A stretch of DNA of 64,000 nucleotides, from positions 1 through 64,000 of IMG/VR virus record IMGVR_UViG_3300034073_004910. The stretch is one strand, 5' to 3'. Of this stretch, positions 38,769 to 48,517 are shown one piece after another. This DNA comes from a virus. Positions within the stretch are counted from its first letter, which is position 1. Each line of letters begins with the position of its first letter. A program made the translations under genes and the position numbers. The notes under the pieces are model-generated. The model saw nothing but the letters and a program-made list of their open reading frames with translations, had not been told where the DNA came from and ran no database searches.

Positions 38769-39242
38769 TTAATCCCAAAGATGTGAGTAATACTTTCCAA
38801 AAAGTCTAAAGCCATTTTGTATGCGATCACAATAGTCGTAATATTCTTTTGGGAGAGTAAACTCTCGTGTTTTAACTCGAAAAGATTCTTCGTCCTCTGC
38901 TTCTACCTCGGGAAAGAACTGATCTTCCCAGCTTTCGTCAATTTTATTATCAAACGCAAAGATCATCTCATCCAGTATCCAGTCCCACCGATCAAAATGA
39001 AATTCATCGATTTCCCATACATCTTCTTTGGGGGAAGCCGAAGTAGATCGTAGGTGCTCTGGTACATCTTCGTCATCGGTATTCGGAGCACCGTGCTTAG
39101 TTGTCTTTAGCTGTTTCAGCATAGGAGAAATTATCAGCGCAAGAGTATGCTCCATATTGTAGGTATCCCACTTATCTATGCGAATCTCTATACTTCTTTC
39201 CTCGTCGTAACTGTCGGGGTAAGGACCAATATTTACATACAT
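38769..39242 (-). CDS. Conserved phage hypothetical protein
   Basis: IDKWDTYNM..TLALII.PMLKQLK..KHGAP..RWDWILDEMIFAF..GFRLFGKYY..LWD. Confidence 0.65.
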   Translation of the reverse strand: MYVNIGPYPDSYDEERSIEIRIDKWDTYNMEHTLALIISPMLKQLKTTKHGAPNTDDEDVPEHLRSTSASPKEDVWEIDEFHFDRWDWILDEMIFAFDNKIDESWEDQFFPEVEAEDEESFRVKTREFTLPKEYYDYCDRIQNGFRLFGKYYSHLWD

Positions 39243-39368
39243 AAGTAGCTCCTAGAGTTAGGCTTCGCTACCCGGCGGCGAATAGCGAAGCCTTTTGAAT
39301 TGTTCAATGACTCTCTAACTTTCGGATATATAATACCGAAAACGAGCTATCAAGTCAAGAACTAAATT

Positions 39369-39716
39369 TTAGAAGTACCGACGAATTTCTGTCTCGACCC
39401 GAGAGCCAATTTCACCTTCGAAGCTGTCAAGCTGAAAGGTTTCTACTTCTCCTCGAATCTCCCAGTTATCCGCGAACGGAATCGAATAGCCAGCCTCCAG
39501 AGCAAGCCCATACTCACCGTCATAAAATGCCGGACCTACTTCGGCATACAGGTACTTTCCCTGAGCGCCAAGGCTTACAGTATTAATCGAGCTATTGTCT
39601 ACATAGTGTTCGTCAACAAAACCGACCTCGTTTCGATACTCGCCATAGAAACGAACCTCTGCCAAAGCAGAGCTTGCAACTGCCAGCAGTCCAGCTGCGA
39701 TAAGATATTTAGTCAT
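39369..39716 (-). CDS. Small exported outer-membrane beta-strand protein
   Basis: Signal peptide ending SALA|E, alternating aromatic beta strands, C-terminal Phe (RRYF). Confidence 0.6.
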   Translation of the reverse strand: MTKYLIAAGLLAVASSALAEVRFYGEYRNEVGFVDEHYVDNSSINTVSLGAQGKYLYAEVGPAFYDGEYGLALEAGYSIPFADNWEIRGEVETFQLDSFEGEIGSRVETEIRRYF

Positions 39717-39725
39717 ACATTCTCC

Positions 39726-40244
39726 TTAAAATTTTGTTAGCATTGAAAGAGCTTCTTCAGTGACTTCTTCTGTTCGGCGGCTCCAGCCCTTTCCAAAAAC
39801 TGGAAAAGTAGAAAGTCGACGATAGTAGTCAAGTCGAAGCGTTTTAAATTCCATAATCGCCACTACAGGATTATGAATGTTTAATGCTGCACTAATGGTA
39901 CGGGGCCCAAGCACGCCATCCTCTTTAGCTTTTACAATTTTTTGTAAAAATCGAACAGCGCGCGAAGGCCCCGCGTTGACACCAAAATCAAATACTATTA
40001 AATCAATACCTACAGGTAATTGATCGCAGGACATGCGGTCCCAGTATTGCTTTCGGTAGATAGGCTCAACATCTTTTATCGTCAAAGCTTTAATGTCTTC
40101 GACCGATACGGTTCGTTTCACCCATCGTTCATAGGTGGCTTTTGTAATGCCAAGATTTGTAGCACCTCCTGGATCTTGGGGATGGTTTACAAAGCCACCT
40201 TCGTGTTTTAGAACAATTTTTAGACAGTGATCAAACGTTTTCAT
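39726..40244 (-). CDS. GH108 N-acetylmuramidase with PG-binding domain (endolysin)
   Basis: HEGGFVNHPQDPGGATNLGIT, FDFGVNAG, DGVLGPRT, FGKGWSRR. Confidence 0.9.
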   Translation of the reverse strand: MKTFDHCLKIVLKHEGGFVNHPQDPGGATNLGITKATYERWVKRTVSVEDIKALTIKDVEPIYRKQYWDRMSCDQLPVGIDLIVFDFGVNAGPSRAVRFLQKIVKAKEDGVLGPRTISAALNIHNPVVAIMEFKTLRLDYYRRLSTFPVFGKGWSRRTEEVTEEALSMLTKF

Positions 40245-40872
40245 TCGTGAAAGCTGCATCAGCCTTTTCAGGCTTCTTGGCAGCATTTGCCAGTGCATGA
40301 TTTAATACTTTTAAGGCCTCGCTAGGCTTATCATTCCACAAAGCTTGAATTGCTTCTAGCATTGCCTCCATATTTTCATCGCACTTACAATTTTTGCACG
40401 CCATCGCTGTGTTTCTCCACCTCCACAAGAATGTTCTCACACAATCTTCGGAGCTCGTCCAATAGAACGTAGTATTTTTGTACATCAATTAATTTTTCAA
40501 TTAATTCATTCGGTAGTCGACTTTTCAGCCGTTCAGCCTCTAGTTCATTTCGTAGCTGCTCGACTTCGCTGGGTAAACCTCGCTTTGGATGAGCTATTTC
40601 TAAAGCAAATCCACACTTGGTACAATGCATAATTTAAACAAACTCTTTTAAACGTCTTACAAGAGCGTCTCTGCCCGCCTTTACTCCCGATGCTCTTTCA
40701 GAAAGATCAAGAGCATTTCGTTGAGAGTCGATAGTAGCTATCGCTTCTCTCCACAATAAAACAGCAAATTCCTCAATATCTGAAGTAGTTATACCGCTTG
40801 CAACGCTAGGAATATCTGAGCTTGTTACAAGCCCCGCTTCGGCTGCCAGTTCAAATATACGATTTGTCATGA

Positions 40873-41706
40873 TTAATTAGGCGGAGCGTTTACTGCTGAC
40901 AGTGCGCTGAGATTTCCTTGGAATCCGTATGTTCCCACATGAGTGAGAGAAATCCAAGGGCAAGCCCAAACTTTTAATCCAATATCAATAATCTTTCGCG
41001 AAAAGTAATAATCTTCGGAAAGATAACGTCGGCTAACCGGATCAATTGCACAGTCAAAGTATGCTACAATATCTCTCTCGCCGTTAAAGTCTGTCGAGTA
41101 TTTGTGATCTGGCGAGTACGAATTTTCTGGGTAGGCAGCTTTAAACTGATCAAACACATGCCGTTGAATAAGCATAAATCCAGTAGCGCCTTCTAAAATT
41201 TGTACCGGCTCAGTAAGTTTAAAGCTTTCTGTGCCAGGAATCAAATTAAAAGCAAATCCTCCTCCAAACTGAGCAAGTTCATCAGGATTTTTAAGTTCAA
41301 TGTTGTCTTGAACCGCCTTTTGAATACGATCCCAGTGAATTTGTTTTTTCGGATACAGCCCACAAAGCACATCATATTCAGACTTTTTATCGGCCAAAGC
41401 CAGCATTCCTAGAATATCCATAGGATTAAAAGAAATGTCAGAGTCGATAAACATCATGTGCGAACAGTCGCTACGCAAAAATCCATCTACTAGATAGTTT
41501 CGTGCTCGCTGAATCAGCGATTCATTATAGTGAAAACTAGCATCCCATTGAAGATCGTATTGGCGACAAACGGTAGAAAACTGAAGCATAGAGTGAACGT
41601 ATGGTCCAGTGCACATACCGCCGTACATAGGTGTAGCAATGAAGAGTTTTCGTTTTCGAAGCTCTTCAATATCAATCGTTATTTTTCTATCCTCTACCTT
41701 GGCCAC
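40873..41706 (-). CDS. GT-A-fold glycosyltransferase-like protein
   Basis: LFIATPMYGG..ESLIQRARN..MFIDSDI..GATGFMLI..YLSEDYYF..LTHVG. Confidence 0.7.
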   Translation of the reverse strand: MAKVEDRKITIDIEELRKRKLFIATPMYGGMCTGPYVHSMLQFSTVCRQYDLQWDASFHYNESLIQRARNYLVDGFLRSDCSHMMFIDSDISFNPMDILGMLALADKKSEYDVLCGLYPKKQIHWDRIQKAVQDNIELKNPDELAQFGGGFAFNLIPGTESFKLTEPVQILEGATGFMLIQRHVFDQFKAAYPENSYSPDHKYSTDFNGERDIVAYFDCAIDPVSRRYLSEDYYFSRKIIDIGLKVWACPWISLTHVGTYGFQGNLSALSAVNAPPN

Positions 41707-41845
41707 GATATTTTTTGTAACTCCTTTTTTGATGTTTAGACATTGTGCTTCGCTTCATCATACTAGGATTACCGCTCGATGAAGTACGCTTCGGCTTGTG
41801 CTTAATCTTTTGTTGTTGTTTCGAAGCCGTTGATCCTTTAGCCAT
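41687..41845 (-). CDS. Small basic protein (52 aa)
   Basis: Translated by hand: MAKGS..KPKRTSSSG..SKHQKRSYKKYRGQGRG. Confidence 0.55.
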   Translation of the reverse strand: MAKGSTASKQQQKIKHKPKRTSSSGNPSMMKRSTMSKHQKRSYKKYRGQGRG

Positions 41846-42012
41846 TTTTTGCCTTTTCTATTGCTTCTAAAAAGTAAATGAACGTGCCATCCGGCTGTTC
41901 TTCTACACGATAGCGAGTTGCCCAGTCGCGCGCTTCCGCTTCTGACGAAAAAAGATCAGAAAGAATGCCGCCACTAGGCAACTGCCAAGACCACGTATTT
42001 TCTAATAATCCT

Positions 42013-42306
42013 TTATTCTTCACCAACTTCACGAGGGTCGTCTCCTGCTAGAAGCGAGAGATAAAAAATTGCTTTTCGAATATCTGCTTCCATATTGTCC
42101 TTAAAAGGAGCGCGCATAAGGTACGCAAGAGCTGAGCAATAGTAATGCGGCTCTATAGACGAAGACATTACATACGACTCTGCATCAATTTTATCGCACA
42201 ACGCTTCCAAAATACTAAGAACATCGGTATCAAAAGTTTCTTCAGAGTTTACGCTCTTTACATTACAAAGCTGATAATGCTGAGGGTGATTAATAAAATC
42301 TTCCAT
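42013..42306 (-). CDS. DUF3310-like protein
   Basis: INHPQHY..YLMRAPFK..DIRKAIFYL. Confidence 0.7.
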   Translation of the reverse strand: MEDFINHPQHYQLCNVKSVNSEETFDTDVLSILEALCDKIDAESYVMSSSIEPHYYCSALAYLMRAPFKDNMEADIRKAIFYLSLLAGDDPREVGEE

Positions 42307-42701
42307 TAGATATCTCCTTTTGCGCGATTTTCAGAATTTTCTACTTGAAATCCGTTTGGATAACGAGCGCTCAACTTATGAATATTTTCATTAATAACCG
42401 ATTGCGGATCGAACTCGAGTGCTCGACAGGCCGAAATCCAATAAAAGAAAATATCTCCAAGTTCGCGCTTCATGTGATAGATATTATCACCTGTCATGGG
42501 CTTGCCTTGAAAGAAGATTTTCTTCACAACTTCTTGAAACTCTCCAGTCTCGCTTCCCAGCCCAATGGCAGAAGTGAGAAGCAGCGGAGCATTGACAGTA
42601 TCATTATGCAACTCTCGAAGGCGATCTGCAAAGGACGTTAGATAAGTACTTTGATCGCTAGTAATACTCGCAATAAACTTTGAATACTGATTAAGATTCA
42701 T
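42306..42701 (-). CDS. MazG-like NTP pyrophosphohydrolase
   Basis: GLGSETGEFQEVVKK..ELGDIFFY..N..KLSARYP. Confidence 0.85.
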   Translation of the reverse strand: MNLNQYSKFIASITSDQSTYLTSFADRLRELHNDTVNAPLLLTSAIGLGSETGEFQEVVKKIFFQGKPMTGDNIYHMKRELGDIFFYWISACRALEFDPQSVINENIHKLSARYPNGFQVENSENRAKGDI

Positions 42702-43347
42702 CTTTTTTTCCGTTCAATAGTTCGAAAAGAATTTGTCCACAAGCCTGAGCAATTTTTTGATGCTCTTTTTGAGTTCCATTTGCGGAGCGCAGTTCTACAT
42801 AATGTAGCCAAGATCGCACTGTACCCGCCATATAAAGACGCGAAGGCGTCATACCTTCTGGAAGAACAGCTCTCGCTTGCTCTTTTGCTATTCCATTTTC
42901 CAGAGCACTATTATACACATCTTGAGCGTGCAATGCAAGTTCTTTTTGTAGCGTTGCCCAAAGTTCGTTCAAATTTTCATTTGTAGATTCAATGGAGTTT
43001 TGTCGATTTTTTGTATCTTGAAGCCTGGTTTCTCGAATTTCCCACTCCGTTGGGACGATTGAGTATCTTTGGCTAAACTCCTGAAAGGAAAAGCTACGAT
43101 GCCGAAGTATTTGACGAGCAATGTCTCGAGTTGTATTAATTTCCATACAAACCCAAGCCATTTCAAATGGACTCCAGTGTCCATGTTTTTGCAAATAATT
43201 TAACAGCTTAGGAGCTGTTTCTGTATTTATTTGATTTTCTGGGTTTGATACTCGAGCAACATACGCAATCAAATCAGATAAAGTTTGCAGACCAAGAGAT
43301 TGTAAGTCTTCGCTAGGAGTGGAGTAAGAAATTAATTTTACATTCAT
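42691..43347 (-). CDS. thyX: Flavin-dependent thymidylate synthase
   Basis: HWSPFE, RQILRHRSFSFQEFSQRY, EQARAVLP, TQKEH. Confidence 0.95.
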   Translation of the reverse strand: MNVKLISYSTPSEDLQSLGLQTLSDLIAYVARVSNPENQINTETAPKLLNYLQKHGHWSPFEMAWVCMEINTTRDIARQILRHRSFSFQEFSQRYSIVPTEWEIRETRLQDTKNRQNSIESTNENLNELWATLQKELALHAQDVYNSALENGIAKEQARAVLPEGMTPSRLYMAGTVRSWLHYVELRSANGTQKEHQKIAQACGQILFELLNGKKDES

Positions 43348-44101
43348 TCTAAAAGCTCTAGCTGTGTTCTCAGCGCCCAGCCATTTTTAGGCCAAGTATT
43401 ATTGTCAATATACCTAAAACAAAAGGAGTCTAACTTAGGTATATATTTTGTAAGCTCAACTACCGCATAGGGTCCACCAAAAAAGCGAACTCGAACTATG
43501 TGTCCTACTTTTAATTTCATAAAGGTTCGAAGTGAGTTGTAGGAGCCCAGCCTTTTTTAATTATACTTCCTGGGCTCATAATTTTAAAGTAAAAGCCATC
43601 TACTTCTACTTCTTCACTTTGAGGAAGATATTTAGTAAGCTGAACTTCTACATAAACGTTCTCTAAAAGACGAATTTTTGCTCGATCTCCGACTTTAAAA
43701 GGGATTGTCATATACTATTTTAGCAGTCAGCATACTAGTATCAGTCTTGAGAATAAGCCAATCCTCTTTGTCTATTGTAAAAGTTACCCAGAGAAGATCG
43801 GGGTCTTTCTTAAAGAGCGATGCCTGTTCGTACACTTCGATCGGAGTCACGCTTTTCAGTTCGCTCCTCTTCCCGTAGCAGATGTTCGTGATACTTTTTG
43901 ACATAAGTTCCTCGTTCTTCTGAGTTCCAGATAAGAGTTCCATATTTCCAGGCTTTTTCTGCTTGTCGACTACACGTTCCGACTTTTCGTCTTTCTAAAA
44001 TTTCATACTGAATACTCATAGTCTCTCCGTAACAAACCAAACAAGTAGGCTAAGCCAAGCGACCCCGCCGACAATGAAAATAAGAGCTGCAAATCGGTCT
44101 T

Positions 44102-44467
44102 TCATAGCACTCTCATTCTGATAATTACACGACTGGGGCGATTGTCATTAATAGTGAGAGAAACTTCATTACTGCGACGAGACTCTTTCAGTTCTGCACT
44201 TGTCGCCGTCAATGTAAAGTAATGAGTGCCAGGAGCAAGATTATTTAATGCAATCGAGCGAGTAGTAGGAGAAATTGTAGTCTTTCGTGTGTACTGACCG
44301 GAAGTAGTTCCTCGATACAATGTATATTTTACAATGTCTCGAGATGGAGTTAAAGTTCGTCCGTCTTCATACTTTGTAGGAGCAACAAATCTTAATACTG
44401 TAGTTGTGTCTGCATAAGCAGCTCCGCCAATAAAAGTCAATAACAAAAGTAGTTTTTTCATAGCCAT
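44102..44467 (-). CDS. Exported fibronectin type III-like protein
   Basis: Signal peptide AAYA|D; YTLYRGTTSGQY..NLAPGTHYFTLTA..ES..SNEV. Confidence 0.7.
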   Translation of the reverse strand: MAMKKLLLLLTFIGGAAYADTTTVLRFVAPTKYEDGRTLTPSRDIVKYTLYRGTTSGQYTRKTTISPTTRSIALNNLAPGTHYFTLTATSAELKESRRSNEVSLTINDNRPSRVIIRMRVL

Positions 44468-44802
44468 TCCGCGAATACGATCTCTCGAGCGGCGGCCGCA
44501 GCCGCTTCTCTACTGTGGGATTTATGTTTATAAAGCCGGTTCAAAAGAGAACCGGCTGTTTCAACTAGTGCAACTTCATCTACTTGAGCTTTTTTCAGAT
44601 CTTGCAATACACTGCAAATGAGTTCTTGTTTTTCAAGGCTGTTCATTCTTTAGCCCTTCGATTTCGTGGCCTACCACTCGTCACTCCCGAAGTATCCGTA
44701 ATCTTCGTCAGTTCCCCAACCTGCGGAGGTCATAGCAGAGTCATGATCTCCATCCATGCTGTCGTCGTAGTACTCTTCTTCTTCAAGCTCTTCTGGTTCC
44801 AT

Positions 44803-45060
44803 TTAACGCCTCATTTTAGCTAGGTCTTTTGCTTGTTCGTTCGAAGTTACTGGAATTGCATTTGACTTGTGCATAGTGCCGATTCCGATAACATATGTAC
44901 CAGTGTACTCCATTCGTGGCTTAAGACTCGTACTTGCAGTCTTAGGAGCTACGCTTGGATAGACCTTGCGATCTTCGTAAAAGGGATTGACTCGTCTCGT
45001 AGTTTTAGCGCGAAGGCGCTCGGCTCGAGAATAAATTGCATACTCATCAATACTTTTCAT
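44803..45060 (-). CDS. Conserved phage hypothetical protein
   Basis: YTG..VIGIGTMHKSNAIPV..AKDLAKMRR. Confidence 0.6.
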   Translation of the reverse strand: MKSIDEYAIYSRAERLRAKTTRRVNPFYEDRKVYPSVAPKTASTSLKPRMEYTGTYVIGIGTMHKSNAIPVTSNEQAKDLAKMRR

Positions 45061-45301
45061 TTTTTACTCTTTTCACTTACAAACTATAGTATAGAATATC
45101 CGAGCGAAAAAGTAAAGTCAAAAAAATTGATTGCCAAGAGCGCCCTTCAAATCAAACCAACGAATGGTTATTTTAGTTTCCTGATGATTGGTTCTGCTTT
45201 AATAAAGGGAACGAACGGCCACACAAACAGTAAAGCTGCAACTACTGTTACTATTATCAGAGGCCATGCAATGGTTAGAATAACTCTGTTTAGAACTTCT
45301 T

Positions 45302-45562
45302 TCATTTCCTTCTGCCTCTTCCAGACTCGACGTTCCCGTAGCCGTAGCCGCTGCTATAGCCGTCGCCATAGCCGCAGCCACCGCCGTAGCTGTAGCCGTA
45401 GCCGTAGCCATCCCCGTTGCCGTTGCCGTAGCCATTACCGTCGCCATAGCTATAGCTATAGCCATTGCCGTCGCCGTAGCCGTAGCCGTAGCCATCGCCA
45501 TCTCCGTAGCCATCGCCGTTGCCGTAGCCGTCACTGTAGCCAATCGGATAAAAGCTATTCAT
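45302..45562 (-). CDS. Gly-Tyr-Asp repeat protein, copy 3
   Basis: MNSFYPIGY-(GYGDG)n-VESGRGRRK. Confidence 0.65.
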   Translation of the reverse strand: MNSFYPIGYSDGYGNGDGYGDGDGYGYGYGDGNGYSYSYGDGNGYGNGNGDGYGYGYSYGGGCGYGDGYSSGYGYGNVESGRGRRK

Positions 45563-45819
45563 TCCCGCCTACTTCTCCTAGACTCGACGGTCCCGTAGCC
45601 GTAGCCGTCGCTGTCGCCGTAGCTGTCGCCGTTGCCGTAGCCGTCGCCGCAGCCCTCGCCGTAGCCCTCGCCGTAGCCGTAGCCCTGGCCGTAGCCGCAT
45701 CCCCAGCCGCATCCCCAGCCGCCGCCGTCGCCGTTGGCGTAGCCGTCGCCGTTGCCGTAGCCGTAGCCCTCGCCGTAGCCGTAGCCCTCGTCGTAGCCAA
45801 CCGGGTAAAAGATATTCAT
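45559..45819 (-). CDS. Gly-Tyr-Asp repeat protein, copy 2
   Basis: MNIFYPVGY-(GYG)n-VESRRSRRE; ATGA coupling. Confidence 0.65.
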   Translation of the reverse strand: MNIFYPVGYDEGYGYGEGYGYGNGDGYANGDGGGWGCGWGCGYGQGYGYGEGYGEGCGDGYGNGDSYGDSDGYGYGTVESRRSRRE

Positions 45820-46058
45820 TTTCTTCTCTGCCTCCCAGACTCAACGGACCCGTAGCCGGAGCCGGAGCCGCGTCCGTAGCCGTAGCCGTTGCCGTAGCCG
45901 TAGCCGCGTCCGTAGCCAGCATCGTCGGCGTAGCCGTCGTCGCCGCCGTAGCCGTTGGCGTAGCCGTCGCCGTTGCCGTAGCCGTAGGCGTTGCCGTAGC
46001 CGTTGCTGTAGCCCTTGCCAACCGGACGAAAAACGACGGCTTGATCCCCCGCCGTCAC
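45816..46058 (-). CDS. Gly-Tyr-Asp repeat protein, copy 1
   Basis: FRPVG-(GYG)n-VESGRQRRK; probable GTG start overlapping the upstream stop. Confidence 0.6.
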   Translation of the reverse strand: MTAGDQAVVFRPVGKGYSNGYGNAYGYGNGDGYANGYGGDDGYADDAGYGRGYGYGNGYGYGRGSGSGYGSVESGRQRRK

Positions 46059-46348
46059 TTGAGCCCCCATCCGTCACGAACGGGCACGCAGAATATCTCC
46101 GCACCCTCCGGCATATCTACGTCGGCAATTGGACGCAGATCGGCGTTCTCGGTCTCGACCATTTTTGCAAATCCAATGGAGTCCCAAGAAAAAACATGAA
46201 TTGCTCTACTTAGGCGAATTCGACCGTTCTCGCGAGTCACATCGCCTGCGAAGATCCAGCCACGGTCAACGACCACGACCGCACGAGTACCAGTCGGACG
46301 ATTGCCAACCGGAGCATACTCAACACCATTGATGATTAAATTTTCCAT
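46055..46348 (-). CDS. DUF6948-like small beta protein
   Basis: IINGVEY.P..RAVVVVDRGWIFAGDV..IRLSRA..W...G. Confidence 0.55.
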   Translation of the reverse strand: MENLIINGVEYAPVGNRPTGTRAVVVVDRGWIFAGDVTRENGRIRLSRAIHVFSWDSIGFAKMVETENADLRPIADVDMPEGAEIFCVPVRDGWGLK

Positions 46349-46414
46349 ATCAATTCCTTCTATGCTTTCCCAATCAACCAATATAGTATAGGCTATTCAG
46401 TCGAAAAAGTAAAG

Positions 46415-46714
46415 TCAAAAAAATTGATTGCCAGGAGCGCCCTTCAAATCAAACCAACGAATGGTTATTGCAGTTTCTTTTTCAAACAACGACACAAGTT
46501 CCAACAGCGTAAGCGGCTCTACACTTGTGAAGCTTTCTGCCCAAATACTAAACTGCGTGTAGTCGTGCTTGTGCATAGTGGGAAGAGGAATTTCGTAGTC
46601 ATTCACTTGGGCTTTACCATAGACATTGATACGCCCGCCAGCCCATTGATCGGTGTTTTTCTGAATCCACTCGTAGTTCACTGGACCCATCCAGCAAGTT
46701 GAGTATCTATACAC
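46415..46714 (-). CDS. Hypothetical protein
   Basis: ORF whose 3' end contains the right-hand 68-bp repeat. Confidence 0.5.
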   Translation of the reverse strand: MYRYSTCWMGPVNYEWIQKNTDQWAGGRINVYGKAQVNDYEIPLPTMHKHDYTQFSIWAESFTSVEPLTLLELVSLFEKETAITIRWFDLKGAPGNQFF

Positions 46715-47367
46715 GACTAAGCTCCTTTCTCAGCTCCAAAATTTCATCACAAAGCCGATCAATGATACTTTCTTGAGCGTCGATCGTATCTGCAAACTCT
46801 TTAAGTTGCAAACTCATTCGAGTTATGGTAGCCAAATGCTCGTCACAAAACTGACAGTCGTACATTTTTTGCCTCAATACTTTGTAGTAGCTCAAGATAT
46901 GCGAATTTTCCCATTTGAAGTACATATTATAAAGTAAAAGAAGGAGTTTGTCAAGAGTTAAAATTATACATGCTAAAAATAACTCTTGACAATATGCTCA
47001 GTATTTTTTATAATATACACTTTGGAGTAATACGCGCATGAGATGGAGCTACAAAGAAAATGTAATACTACAAAAAAATTATGGCAAGTGTTCATCAGAA
47101 GAGCTTTTAAAGCTACTGCCGGGCAAGAGCCTGAACAGTATTTATGCTCAGGTTCACCGACTAAGGAAAAAAGGATGGCGACTATAATACCCTTTCCTGT
47201 GCAGCCTTATACACGCACATCGCGACGAGAAGACTATCTTCAGTATTTTTATTATACAGTAGCGTCACTGGCAAATGAGCTGGACATGGATACGGAGAAT
47301 CTAGAGGAAGACTTTGCCGTATTGTTTGAAAACATAGAAACTTTAGTAAATAAGCATCTGGAAATTT

Positions 47368-47562
47368 ATGATTATACAAGTGAAGAATTTGGATCGAGCG
47401 ATGAAGAAGTTCAAGAGATTATCGAATGAGAAACTTCTAGATTTGAGAAAGTATGAGTACTGGGAAAAGCAAAGTGTTCGAAAGCGACGGCGACTTAACT
47501 CCGCCAAACGACGGGAATATTTACGCCAGCGAAACAGTGAGAGTAACGATACGAAGTATTGA
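47368..47562 (+). CDS. rpsU: Ribosomal protein bS21
   Basis: NLDRAMKKFKR..LLDLRKYEYWEKQSVRKRRRLNSAKRR resembles the S21 ALRRFKR..R.RE.YEKPS.KRKRK..AA.KR pattern. Confidence 0.75.
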   Translation: MIIQVKNLDRAMKKFKRLSNEKLLDLRKYEYWEKQSVRKRRRLNSAKRREYLRQRNSESNDTKY

Positions 47563-47734
47563 AAGCTCTAACTGGGAGCGCCGACCTACCGAAACCAAGA
47601 TCGTTCATGTACTTAGCGGTACACTTACTTTAAATGGAAAACCGGTACATTCAACTGCAACAATTTTGCCAGGTACTTGGCACAGGTTTGCAGGCCCCGC
47701 TGAAATATTAGAAGTAGTTCACTACTCTAAGTGA
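47537..47734 (+). CDS. Small cupin-like protein
   Basis: ETKIVHVLSG..ILPGTWHRF..ILEV. Confidence 0.45.
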   Translation: MRVTIRSIESSNWERRPTETKIVHVLSGTLTLNGKPVHSTATILPGTWHRFAGPAEILEVVHYSK

Positions 47735-47779
47735 GAAAAATAGCGAGCTTAGTCTCGCTATTTTTTTATTTAAAAAATT

Positions 47780-48517
47780 ATGCATAAATATGAAACTGTC
47801 TTTATTTCCGACCTGCATCTTGGCAGCAAAGGCTGCCAGGCGGAGAAACTGAACGAATTTCTAAAAATTGTAGAGTGTAAAAATCTTTTTCTAGTGGGCG
47901 ATATACTTGACGGCTGGAAAGTTGCTCAAAATAAAATGCACTGGAAAAACTCTCATACGAGCGTAATTCGTCATATTCTTCGACTGGCAAAGAATGGTAC
48001 GAAAGTTCATTATGTTGTGGGCAATCACGATGAGTTTCTTCGACCCCTGTTAAAGTATTCCATGACTTTTGGACGAATTGAAATTGCAAACTCTTTTACT
48101 CACGTTGGGCTGAACGGTAAACGATATCTAGTAGTGCATGGAGATTTTTTCGACGGCATTACTCGATTGGCTCCGTGGCTAAGCTTTTTAGGTGATCGAG
48201 CTTATGGAATATTGCTTAGTATAAACTACCGATTTAACTGGATACGCCGTAAGTTTGGTTTTGGATACTGGAGTTTGAGTGCTTGGCTGAAGCATCGAGT
48301 GAAAAGAGCAATTGACTTTTTATTTGAGTTTGAAAACAATATTACTAGCTATGCGAACCGAAAAGGTTATCAAGGAGTAATTTGTGGCCACATTCATACT
48401 GCTAGTATTAAAATGATTAACGATATTGAATACATGAACGACGGAGACTGGGTAGAATCTTGTACTGCACTGGTCGAGACCGAAGAAGGAGAATGGAGAA
48501 TATTATGCTTGTCCTGA
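47780..48517 (+). CDS. LpxH-like UDP-2,3-diacylglucosamine diphosphatase / metallophosphoesterase
   Basis: FISDLHLG, LVGDILDGW, GNHDE, HGDFFD, CGHIH, NDGDWVESCTAL. Confidence 0.85.
   Translation: MHKYETVFISDLHLGSKGCQAEKLNEFLKIVECKNLFLVGDILDGWKVAQNKMHWKNSHTSVIRHILRLAKNGTKVHYVVGNHDEFLRPLLKYSMTFGRIEIANSFTHVGLNGKRYLVVHGDFFDGITRLAPWLSFLGDRAYGILLSINYRFNWIRRKFGFGYWSLSAWLKHRVKRAIDFLFEFENNITSYANRKGYQGVICGHIHTASIKMINDIEYMNDGDWVESCTALVETEEGEWRILCLS

Larger units (their letters stand above)
45105..46469. repeat. 68-bp direct repeats (45105-45172 and 46402-46469) flanking a GC-rich cassette
   Basis: CGAAAAAGTAAAGTCAAAAAAATTGATTGCCA(A/G)GAGCGCCCTTCAAATCAAACCAACGAATGGTTATT, one mismatch. Confidence 0.9.

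Noticed and set aside
45302-46070. Diversity-generating retroelement TR/VR, or RiPP precursors
   Set aside because: No reverse transcriptase or modifying enzymes nearby; the differences between copies are repeat-length changes, not adenine-specific substitutions.
44869-46104. Long alternative-frame ORFs (poly-AT, poly-VA, Arg-rich) over the GY repeats
   Set aside because: Shadow frames of the GGCTAC repeat; only the Gly-Tyr frame shows coupled starts/stops and conserved termini.
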